Part shown: in pieces, positions 54,101 through 61,978 of the stretch | How positions within the stretch are numbered: position 1 is the stretch's first letter | How the letters are laid out: every line of letters starts with the position of its first letter | Translations under genes and position numbers: made by a program | The notes under the pieces: generated by a model | The model's database searches: none | What the model was told of the DNA's origin: nothing | What the model saw: only the letters and a program-made list of their open reading frames with translations | NCBI GenBank assembly: GCA_964383635.1 | Contig: CAYLIG010000001.1 | Coordinates: 91,866-155,865, forward strand | From: an uncultured Christensenella sp. | Lineage (GTDB): Bacteria; Bacillota; Clostridia; Christensenellales; CAG-138 | DNA: 64,000 nucleotides | Direction: 5' to 3'

Positions 54101-54186
54101 AAAAATCTCCTTTGTTACGTTTTATTCAGCATAACAAGAGGATAGATCAAAAATTATTATAATTAGTTATTTTAAAATAATCGGAA

Positions 54187-54681
54187 TCAACGCGCCTGCC
54201 CCAGGATCACCCGCCGGTATTCCCTTGCAAGATCCTCCAGCCGCATCCGCGCGTTCGCCGCGCTGGGTGAAGGCAGGATTTCGCAGGGGATGTTTGTTTT
54301 CGGATAAACGAGCTTCGTATACAGCCGCGCGGAAGTTGTCCCCGTGCAGAGCACGCGCGTAATATGCGAGGAGGCAATCAGCGCGGGGATGTCGTTCGGC
54401 ATGGGGTTTTTGATGCTCGCGTCACTCGCGCCGACGATATCGCAGCTATAGAGTACGTCCCAGAGGGCGAGACGGTGCGTAAGGATCAGCGCGGCTTTTT
54501 CCTCGCGCGTGTTCGGCAGGTCAACGCCGTATACGAGCGCGAGCGCGGGCCAGAACCGGTTCTGCGGGTGCGCGTAATAAAACGCCGCCTCGCGCGATTT
54601 CGGAGAAGGCATGGTGCCCAGTATGAGGATTTCGCTCTCCGGCGAGACGATCGGCGCTATGCCGTGGGTGACGTGTTCCAT
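54187..54681 (-). CDS. DNA-deoxyinosine (hypoxanthine) glycosylase, UDG superfamily
   Basis: ILILGTMPSPKSREAAFYYAHPQNRFW is typical of family-6 UDG/HDG. I prefer the ATG at 54681 (MEHVTHG). Confidence 0.8.
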   Translation of the reverse strand: MEHVTHGIAPIVSPESEILILGTMPSPKSREAAFYYAHPQNRFWPALALVYGVDLPNTREEKAALILTHRLALWDVLYSCDIVGASDASIKNPMPNDIPALIASSHITRVLCTGTTSARLYTKLVYPKTNIPCEILPSPSAANARMRLEDLAREYRRVILGQAR

Positions 54682-54817
54682 ACGACAAAGCCTATCGCAT
54701 TTTAAACGGGATGACAAGAAGGAAAGACGTAAAAACCGGCGCGGCGAGCCGCCCGAAAACGGCGGAATACCACAGGCGGCGGTTGATATTGAGCCGCCGT
54801 TCTGCTAAGATGTGTGC

Positions 54818-56554
54818 ATGAGCAAAATCAGGCGATTTATCGCATATTACAGGCCGCACAAGGGCTTATTGATCCTGGATTTAAGCTGCGCGTTTCTCGT
54901 CGCCGCAATCGACGTTGCCTACCCGCTGCTGACGCAGTATATCCTGCGGACGCTTTTACCGCGTATGGCGGTCGATTCCGCGCTGGTTCGGACGTTTGTC
55001 GGGCTGATCGTCGTCGCGTTTGGCGCATATGTTGTGCGTGCGCTGCTGCTGTACATCATCAACTACTGGGGGCATCTGCTCGGCGTGCGCATGGAGGCGG
55101 ACATCCGCCGGGATATTTTTTCGCACATTCAGGAGCTTTCGTTCAGCTTTTACGACAACGTCCGTACGGGCAAGCTGATGTCCCGCGTGACGACCGACCT
55201 GTTCGACATCACGGAACTGGCACATCACGGGCCGGAGGACGTTTTGATCTCGGGCACGACGGTGATCGGCGCGTTTATCGCCATGTCGTTTGTGGAATGG
55301 CGGCTTGCGCTCGCGCTTTTATGCATCGTTCCCGTCGCAATCTACTATGTGATCAAGCTGCGCGTATACATGCGCAAAGCGTCGCTCCGGGTCAAGGAAC
55401 GCGTTTCGGAGATCAACGCGGACATCGAATCCTCCATCTCGGGCGCGCGCGTGGCGAAGGCATTTACCAATGAGGACCACGAGCGGGATAAATTTGACAA
55501 GGGAAACGCGCGGTTCGTCCACGCGAAGGACAGCTTCTACCGCTATATGGCTTATTTCAACAGCGGGATGGAGTTCTTCGTCGCCATGTTCAACCTCGTC
55601 GTACTCGCGTTCGGCGGGTATCTGATCTACAAGAGCAGCCTGGATCCGATCCTGCTCGTTACGTTTACGCTGTATATCGCGACGTTTGTCCAGCCGCTCA
55701 AGCGCCTTGCCGCGTTTGCGGAGCTGTATATCCTCGGCATGGCGGGCTTTACGCGCTTTTGCGAGATCATGGACATCGAGCCGGAGATCAAAGACCGGCC
55801 GAACGCGAAGGAGCTCGGAATCGTCCGCGGAGACATCTGTTTTACGGACGTAACGTTTGCCTACGGAAACGGCAGGAGTGTGCTTTCGCACATCGACCTC
55901 GACATTCCGGCGGGCAAGACGCTTGCGCTTGTCGGCCCCAGCGGCGGCGGCAAGACGACGCTGTGCCACCTGATTCCGCGGTTTTACGAACAGCATTCCG
56001 GCGAGATTACCATTGACGGCGTGGATACGCGGGACGTCACGCTCCGCTCGCTGCGCAGAAACGTCGGCATCGTGCAGCAGGACGTGTTCCTCTTTGCCAG
56101 CAGCGTGATGGAAAACATCCGCTACGGGCGCATCGAGGCCACGGACGAGGAGGTCGTGGAGGCCGCAAAGCGCGCGCATATCCATGAGGAAATCCTGCGC
56201 TTCCCGGACGGATACGAAACGCAGGTCGGCGAGCGCGGTCTGATGCTCTCCGGCGGGCAGAAGCAGCGCGTCTCCATTGCGCGGCTGTTTCTGAAAAACC
56301 CGCCGATCCTGATTCTGGACGAAGCCACGAGCGCGCTGGACACCATGACCGAGCACGACATTCAGCATTCGTTTGAAGAGCTCGCCAAAGGGCGCACCAC
56401 GCTGGTCATCGCGCACCGGCTCTCGACCGTGAAACACGCGGACGAGATCGTCGTTCTGGACGAGCACGGCATTCGCGAGCGCGGCACGCACGAGGAACTG
56501 CTTCAATCTGGCGGGCTATACGCGCAGCTCTACAATGCTTCTTTGATCGATTGA
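54818..56554 (+). CDS. ABC transporter ATP-binding/permease fusion (type I exporter, MsbA/MdlB-like)
   Basis: 6-TM N-terminal domain, Walker A GPSGGGKTT, signature LSGGQKQRVSIAR and Walker B ILILDEATSALD. Confidence 0.92.
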   Translation: MSKIRRFIAYYRPHKGLLILDLSCAFLVAAIDVAYPLLTQYILRTLLPRMAVDSALVRTFVGLIVVAFGAYVVRALLLYIINYWGHLLGVRMEADIRRDIFSHIQELSFSFYDNVRTGKLMSRVTTDLFDITELAHHGPEDVLISGTTVIGAFIAMSFVEWRLALALLCIVPVAIYYVIKLRVYMRKASLRVKERVSEINADIESSISGARVAKAFTNEDHERDKFDKGNARFVHAKDSFYRYMAYFNSGMEFFVAMFNLVVLAFGGYLIYKSSLDPILLVTFTLYIATFVQPLKRLAAFAELYILGMAGFTRFCEIMDIEPEIKDRPNAKELGIVRGDICFTDVTFAYGNGRSVLSHIDLDIPAGKTLALVGPSGGGKTTLCHLIPRFYEQHSGEITIDGVDTRDVTLRSLRRNVGIVQQDVFLFASSVMENIRYGRIEATDEEVVEAAKRAHIHEEILRFPDGYETQVGERGLMLSGGQKQRVSIARLFLKNPPILILDEATSALDTMTEHDIQHSFEELAKGRTTLVIAHRLSTVKHADEIVVLDEHGIRERGTHEELLQSGGLYAQLYNASLID

Positions 56555-56651
56555 GGTAGACTGAACGATTCACAATCGTCGTTCATATCACCGGATAGAT
56601 CGAACGATGATCGACGCACGTCGTTCTTACCAATTTTGAAAGGACTATTTC

Positions 56652-57224
56652 GTGAAGAGACGCACCCTTGCGATCATCGTGATCGTACTCGTCATACTCG
56701 CCGGACTCTGGTTTTCGCGTCAGCAGACCGTTTCACCGGCGGAGAACGCGGCCGCCGAACCGGCGCAGACCGCCGAGCTCGTTCTGCTGGACGAAACGCA
56801 GGATCAGGGCGCTGCGCAGTCCCCGCAGATATCCACGGCGCAGGACGAGGACACGCCCGCGCCGCAGCAGGCGGCAATCGACGAATACGGCACGTATACC
56901 TCAAAAGAGGATGTGAGCCTGTATCTGTATACCTACGGGCGGCTGCCGGACAACTTTATTACGAAGGACGAGGCGCGCTCGCTGGGCTGGAGCGGCGGCG
57001 GGCTGGACGATTATTCCTACGGCAAATGCATCGGCGGCGATCGCTTCGGCAATTACGAAGGGCTGTTGCCGGAGGCATACGGGCGGACGTATACGGAATG
57101 CGACGTCGACACGCTGCATCAAAGCAGTCGCGGGGCGAAACGCATCGTCTTCTCCAACGACGGGTTGATCTACTATACGGACGACCACTATGAATCGTTT
57201 ACCCTGCTCTACGGAGAGCCATGA
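56652..57224 (+). CDS. secreted/membrane-anchored ribonuclease, barnase (microbial RNase N1/T1) family
   Basis: N-terminal anchor MKRRTLAIIVIVLVILAGLWF. The C-terminal domain YGRLPDNFITKDEARSLGW...GGDRFGNYEGLLP...YTECDV...RGAKRIVFSNDGLIYYTDDHYESF matches the barnase active-site layout. GTG start. Confidence 0.88.
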   Translation: MKRRTLAIIVIVLVILAGLWFSRQQTVSPAENAAAEPAQTAELVLLDETQDQGAAQSPQISTAQDEDTPAPQQAAIDEYGTYTSKEDVSLYLYTYGRLPDNFITKDEARSLGWSGGGLDDYSYGKCIGGDRFGNYEGLLPEAYGRTYTECDVDTLHQSSRGAKRIVFSNDGLIYYTDDHYESFTLLYGEP

Positions 57225-57535
57225 CCAGAAACGGCGGGGGATTACACTTGATTTACGAACGCAGGCTGACCCTGAACGCAAGGCGCATGACCACGCGGGA
57301 GGAAGCGCACGCACATCTGTCGGCGCGTCTGCGCCTGCCGGAATGGTACGGCAATAACCTCGACGCGCTGAACGACTGTCTCGGCGAAATCGGCGTTCCG
57401 ACGTGCATCACGGTGCGCTTTACGCCTGCGCTGGAAGAGGCGCTCGGTACATACGGAACGAATCTGCTCGGCGTTTTGCGGCGCGCGGCGGAGGAAAACA
57501 AAAACATCCGGCTGGTGCTGCGGGAACGCTTTTAG
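57221..57535 (+). CDS. barstar family ribonuclease inhibitor
   Basis: ATGA overlap with the RNase gene. The LRLPEWYGNNLDALNDCL motif corresponds to the barstar helix that plugs barnase. Confidence 0.88.
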   Translation: MTRNGGGLHLIYERRLTLNARRMTTREEAHAHLSARLRLPEWYGNNLDALNDCLGEIGVPTCITVRFTPALEEALGTYGTNLLGVLRRAAEENKNIRLVLRERF

Positions 57536-57628
57536 GCGGCGCGGCGGCGGTCGCGGGAACGGCATTGGAAAGACGCGGCGCAAAGGACGAACAGGCAGGG
57601 AACATGCCTGCGAAGGGAGACGGAGTAT

Positions 57629-58732
57629 TTGGCCTTGATATGGACGCTACTCAACGGACTGATCGCCATCATGGCGGCGGTGCTCGCGCTCGGCGCGGCG
57701 CTGCTGCTGCTGCTGCACCTGACCCGCAGGGCGGACAGCCGCAGGCTGACGAGGATGCACGAGCAGCTGCTCTGCTTTGTCTCCGGCGAGGCAAAAGCCT
57801 GCCAGATGAAAAGCCGCATCTATGAGATGGTGGAGCCCGGCGGCGCGATCGACGCGCTCTGTGATATCCGCGGGATCCGCTCGCCGCGCGGGCTGATCGT
57901 CATCGCCGAAACGGCGGGCGAGCTTTCCGGAGCGGCGCTGGAAAAGCTCCGAAAAGAAGCGGCGGGCGAATGGTACGGCGCCTATCTTCGGGAGGTGCTG
58001 GACGGCGTGGACGAGGAGGAGATGGCGCTGGTCATCCGGCTCATCGGCGCGCTCAAGCTCAAGAGCTACACGGCGGACGTGGTCACGCAGATCTACTGCT
58101 GCCGCACGACGGCGCAGATGCAGCACGTCGGCATGCTGACGCTCTGTATGCTTGGCGCGGAGCGGGACATCATCGCCCTCTGCCGCGACCATACGATTGC
58201 TTCGCTGCTGTCATTCCGCACGCTGGAAGAAATCTTTTCGATCTATACCGGCGATTTGAAAAAGCTCTGCCGGAAACTGATCACGACCGCGTCCGATCCT
58301 TATATCCGGCGCACGTGCATCAAGACCATCGGCGAAAAACGATATGAAGACCTCGGCGATCTCATACTGCCGCACTTGTTAAACGGGCACATCAACACCC
58401 GCATCGATGCGGCGCGCGCGCTTGGGCAGATTCGCTTTGCGGAGGCGCTTGCGCCAATCGCTGCGAACGCGGAGGACCCGCGCTGGGAAATGCGCGCGGT
58501 CGTCGCCACGGCGCTCGGCTCTTTTGGAGCGGAGGAAAACATGGAGACGCTGATCAAACTGCTCTGCGACAAGGAATGGTGGGTGCGCTACCGCGCGGCG
58601 GAGTCGCTTGCGCAGATAGGTGATACCGAGAAGCTGCTCCGTCTCGTGGACTGCACACACGACCGCTTTGCGGGTGAAATGATGCGCTTTGCGCTCGATC
58701 AGGCGGCGCTCAGGAGAGGGGAGGCGGCGTAG
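57629..58732 (+). CDS. membrane-anchored HEAT-repeat (PBS-lyase HEAT-like) protein
   Basis: N-terminal TM LIAIMAAVLALGAALLLLLHL. C-terminal repeats DPYIRRTCIKTIGE, NTRIDAARALGQI, RWEMRAVVATALGSFG and EWWVRYRAAESLAQIG. TTG start uncertain. Confidence 0.75.
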   Translation: MALIWTLLNGLIAIMAAVLALGAALLLLLHLTRRADSRRLTRMHEQLLCFVSGEAKACQMKSRIYEMVEPGGAIDALCDIRGIRSPRGLIVIAETAGELSGAALEKLRKEAAGEWYGAYLREVLDGVDEEEMALVIRLIGALKLKSYTADVVTQIYCCRTTAQMQHVGMLTLCMLGAERDIIALCRDHTIASLLSFRTLEEIFSIYTGDLKKLCRKLITTASDPYIRRTCIKTIGEKRYEDLGDLILPHLLNGHINTRIDAARALGQIRFAEALAPIAANAEDPRWEMRAVVATALGSFGAEENMETLIKLLCDKEWWVRYRAAESLAQIGDTEKLLRLVDCTHDRFAGEMMRFALDQAALRRGEAA

Positions 58733-58733
58733 A

Positions 58734-60050
58734 ATGCAAATACCGGAAATTGTGACGACGATTCTGCGGGTTTCGTGCTGGCTGTTTGCCGCGTTGCTGT
58801 TCTTTGGCGGGGTGTTTCGGCTGCTTGCGCTTGCGGCGTCCTCGTCGAAGGTGCGCAGATACGCGCATTCGCTTCGCTCCGTGGATTACCGGCGTTTTCA
58901 GGACTCCGAGCATATCATGCCGGTTTCTCTGGTTCTGCCCGCGACGCAGGAGACGGAGTCCCTCAAAGACGTTGTGGAAAATCTGCTTTCGCTTGAGTTT
59001 CGGCAATATGAACTCATCGTCGTTGCCGACAGCCGAAGCGAAAAGAGCTGGGCGAGCCTCTGTGAACCGTATCATCTGCTGCCGTTTCAGCAGCCGTATA
59101 AGAAAACGCTCAAATCCGGCGAAATCGACGGGATCTACCGCTCGGCGAAGGACGTCCGGCTCGTGGTGCTGGATCAGCGCGGCGGCTCGCGCGCGGCGGC
59201 GCTCAACGCGGGCGTCAACGTTTCGTCCTACCCGATCGTTGCGGCGGCATATCCGAACCAGCGGCTGACGAAAAACGCGCTGCTCAAGGCGGTATATGCG
59301 TTTGTCGGCGATTCCGCCTGCGTGTTCATCGGCGCGTATCCGCGCATTGGCGAACTGGAAGAAGGCCGAGAGCAAAAGAGGACATCCGCACTGGGTCACT
59401 ATCAGGCCATCGAACGGCTGCGGCTTCTGTATACGCATCCGATTGCGCACCGGAATCTGGGCGTATATCTGCCCGCGCAGGCGGCGTTTGCCGTGTTTCT
59501 CAAAAGCGCGGTACTCGAATGCGGCGGTTTTTCCGCGGAGTCGACGGCGGAACAGGCGGATCTGCTGCTTCGCATGCATGCGCGCTGCCGCCGCGAAAAG
59601 CGGGCGTACAGCGTGCGCCTGCTGAAGGACGCCGTCTGCTTCGAGAAAGCGAAAAAAACCATGCGCGCGGTGTCCGCGGACAGGGGACGCGCACAGCGGG
59701 CGATGAATAAAACCCTTCGAAGAAACAGACATCTGCATATGCCGCACTCCGGAATTCCTTATACCCGCCTTGCGGAAACCGGCTGGCCGCTGATCCAACT
59801 GATCGGATTTATCGTCGTGCTCGGTGCGGCGGTAATCGGCGCGGTGCCATACTGGTTTCTTGCTTCCTGCCTGCTGCTTGGCGCGCTGATCGGCGCGCTG
59901 CAGTCCGCCGGGGCGGTGCTGCTGGAGGAGAACGCGTTCCGCCTTGGAACGGACACGGCGCTGCTGCTGCGCAGCTATAGCCTTGCTGTGGCGGAGAACT
60001 TCGGCTACCGCCAGCGCGTCGCGCTCGCGCGGCTGTTTGTCCGCCGCTGA
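58734..60050 (+). CDS. membrane glycosyltransferase family 2-like protein, catalytic motifs apparently degenerate
   Basis: The ATG lies 2 nt after the HEAT gene stop. GT2 fold markers VSLVLPATQE, ELIVVADSRS and GGSRAAALNAGV are present, with 1 N-terminal and 2 C-terminal TM helices. The positions of DxD, TED and QxxRW read AYP, AEQ and QRAMN in my by-eye alignment. Confidence 0.7.
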   Translation: MQIPEIVTTILRVSCWLFAALLFFGGVFRLLALAASSSKVRRYAHSLRSVDYRRFQDSEHIMPVSLVLPATQETESLKDVVENLLSLEFRQYELIVVADSRSEKSWASLCEPYHLLPFQQPYKKTLKSGEIDGIYRSAKDVRLVVLDQRGGSRAAALNAGVNVSSYPIVAAAYPNQRLTKNALLKAVYAFVGDSACVFIGAYPRIGELEEGREQKRTSALGHYQAIERLRLLYTHPIAHRNLGVYLPAQAAFAVFLKSAVLECGGFSAESTAEQADLLLRMHARCRREKRAYSVRLLKDAVCFEKAKKTMRAVSADRGRAQRAMNKTLRRNRHLHMPHSGIPYTRLAETGWPLIQLIGFIVVLGAAVIGAVPYWFLASCLLLGALIGALQSAGAVLLEENAFRLGTDTALLLRSYSLAVAENFGYRQRVALARLFVRR

Positions 60051-60081
60051 CAGACGAACGGCGTAAAACGGAAGTGATCCC

Positions 60082-60111
60082 GGCCGCCGGCTGATCTCCG
60101 GCGGCCTTTTT
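60082..60111 (+). terminator. rho-independent terminator
   Basis: GGCCGCCGG-ctgatct-CCGGCGGCC-TTTTTAT. Confidence 0.85.
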
Positions 60112-60375
60112 ATCAACAGGCCTGAAAACCGATTGAATCAAGAGCCGTAACGGAGCAAGCGGCTTTGAACGACGGATTTTGTCAGCAGATCGTAAATAAA
60201 TCGTCTATATTCTTGAAATATATGCATTCGATATGAAAAAAGCACTTGAATGCCACAAGCACGTTCCGCTATACTATATTTGGTGACATATGGCAATGTA
60301 TTGCGCCGAATATCATTTGATATGCGCGCAGGCAATGCCAAAATAACGGAATCCGACAGCAAGGGGCGCGCATAG

Positions 60376-61095
60376 ATGCTGCGATTGCAAAAATACCTGG
60401 CCGAGGCGGGCGTTGCCTCCCGCCGCGCGAGCGAGCAGCTCATCAGCGCGGGGCGTGTTCAGGTAAACGGTGAAACCGCGACCATCGGCATGAGCGTGGA
60501 TCCCGAAGCGGACGTCGTTCTTCTGGATGGGAAACCCGTCCGGCAGGAAGAGCAGCTCGTCACCATCATGCTCTACAAACCCAAGGGCGTCGTCAGCACA
60601 AGCGACGACCCGCAGGGGCGAAAGACCGTTCAGGATTTCGTCCGTGATATCCCCGCGCGGCTTTACAACATCGGCCGACTCGATATCAATTCCGAAGGGC
60701 TGCTGCTGATGACCAACGACGGGGAACTTGCGCACCGCATGACGCATCCGAAGTTTTCGGTGGACAAGACCTACTATGCCATCTGCGACGGGACGCTGCG
60801 GCCTTCGGAAATCGCTTCCCTTGTCAACGGCGTATCGCTGGAGGACGGCATGACGGCGCCTGCGAAGGTGACGCACGTGCGGCCGACGAAGACGGGGGAC
60901 ACGTCGTTTCTGATCACGATTCACGAGGGCAAAAACCGGCAGATCCGGCGGATGCTCGAGGCGGTCGGACATCGTACGCTCCGGCTCAAGCGCGAGCGCT
61001 TCGGTCCGCTCTCCATCGGTGAACTCAAGCCGGGCGAGACGCGGCGGCTGACCGACGAGGAGCTTCTTTCGCTCAGGCGCGCGCTGGGCCTTTAA
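60376..61095 (+). CDS. rluB: pseudouridine synthase, RsuA/RluB family (S4 domain plus catalytic domain)
   Basis: MLRLQKYLAEAGVASRRASEQLISAGRVQVNG (S4) and GRLDINSEGLLLMTNDGEL (catalytic Asp motif). Confidence 0.9.
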   Translation: MLRLQKYLAEAGVASRRASEQLISAGRVQVNGETATIGMSVDPEADVVLLDGKPVRQEEQLVTIMLYKPKGVVSTSDDPQGRKTVQDFVRDIPARLYNIGRLDINSEGLLLMTNDGELAHRMTHPKFSVDKTYYAICDGTLRPSEIASLVNGVSLEDGMTAPAKVTHVRPTKTGDTSFLITIHEGKNRQIRRMLEAVGHRTLRLKRERFGPLSIGELKPGETRRLTDEELLSLRRALGL

Positions 61096-61174
61096 AAAAC
61101 GGGCAACAATGCAGGGATGAAAACAACGCATCCTTGATAGATTCAACAAATGCAAAACAGCGGAGGTACATACC

Positions 61175-61444
61175 ATGACAGAAGTTGAAAGAACACTATT
61201 GGTGATCGTAGGCGTGTTTGCCGGCCTGATCGTTCTGATTCAGGCGCTCAAGTTTGTGCGCGCCGAACAGGATCGCCGCGAACGCCGCGAGAGCGCCGGA
61301 CAGGCACAGCAGCCCGCCGCCGCGCCCGCACTCGCCATAACAAACCGCAGCGAACTCGTCGCCGTCGTGGCGAGCTGCCTCGCCGAAGTGATGGGAAGAG
61401 ACGTCTCCGGACTTCGCATCGTATCCATCAAGCGGGTTCAGTAA
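61175..61444 (+). CDS. OadG family small membrane subunit (Na+-decarboxylase gamma/delta-type)
   Basis: 89 aa with an N-terminal TM LLVIVGVFAGLIVLIQAL and a C-terminal ELVAVVASCLAEVMG...RIVSIKR, typical of OadG-like proteins. Confidence 0.7.
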   Translation: MTEVERTLLVIVGVFAGLIVLIQALKFVRAEQDRRERRESAGQAQQPAAAPALAITNRSELVAVVASCLAEVMGRDVSGLRIVSIKRVQ

Positions 61445-61498
61445 TTTAGCCGGAAACAAACGAAACGTTTCACATACAGAATAATATCGGAGGTTTTT

Positions 61499-61882
61499 AT
61501 GCGTAATTTTCTTGTTAACGTCAATGGAACTCAGTACGAAGTAGCCGTCGAAGAGATCGACGGAAAAGCGGCCCCCGCCGTGACGGCGGCACCCGTTGCA
61601 GCGCCCGTTGCCGCGCCTGTCGCAGCGCCTGTTGCGGCTCCCGCCGCACCCGTCGCCGCTCCCGCCGGTGCAACCCCGGTCTCCGCGCCGATGCCCGGCA
61701 CCATCCTCGGCGTTAATGTCGGCGAAGGCGACGTCGTTAAGGCCGGTCAGGCGATTTTCGTACTCGAAGCCATGAAGATGGAGAGCGACATCACCGCCCC
61801 CGTGGCCGGCACCGTTCGCGGCATTACCGTCACCAAGGGCGCATCCGTAGAAGCGGGTAAGCTGCTCTGCTCGATCGCATAA
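61499..61882 (+). CDS. biotin carboxyl carrier (biotin/lipoyl attachment) protein
   Basis: Ala/Pro linker (APVAAPVAAPVAAPVAAPAAPVAAPA) followed by the biotinyl domain with the EAMKME motif. Confidence 0.88.
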   Translation: MRNFLVNVNGTQYEVAVEEIDGKAAPAVTAAPVAAPVAAPVAAPVAAPAAPVAAPAGATPVSAPMPGTILGVNVGEGDVVKAGQAIFVLEAMKMESDITAPVAGTVRGITVTKGASVEAGKLLCSIA

Positions 61883-61978
61883 ATCGGGTTCCATTGTTTT
61901 CCTCGCAAGACACCGCGGCGACGCGCGCGGCTGGATAAACGCCACGCCCCTGCACCGCCGAAGAAGGAGAAATACCAT

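Noticed and set aside
50700-54186. Calling AT-rich island 2 (and island 1 at 41150-42830) a mobile element or prophage remnant
   Set aside because: I could find no integrase, transposase, recombinase, tRNA target, terminal inverted repeats or flanking direct repeats. They are reported as compositional islands only.
55319-56506. 395-aa ORF antisense to the ABC exporter; similar cases at 58710..60116, 17158..18318, 60313..61176, 61196..61978, 49663..50685 and 39672..40697
   Set aside because: Each overlaps a gene with clear family motifs on the other strand. None shows a motif, RBS or sensible composition.
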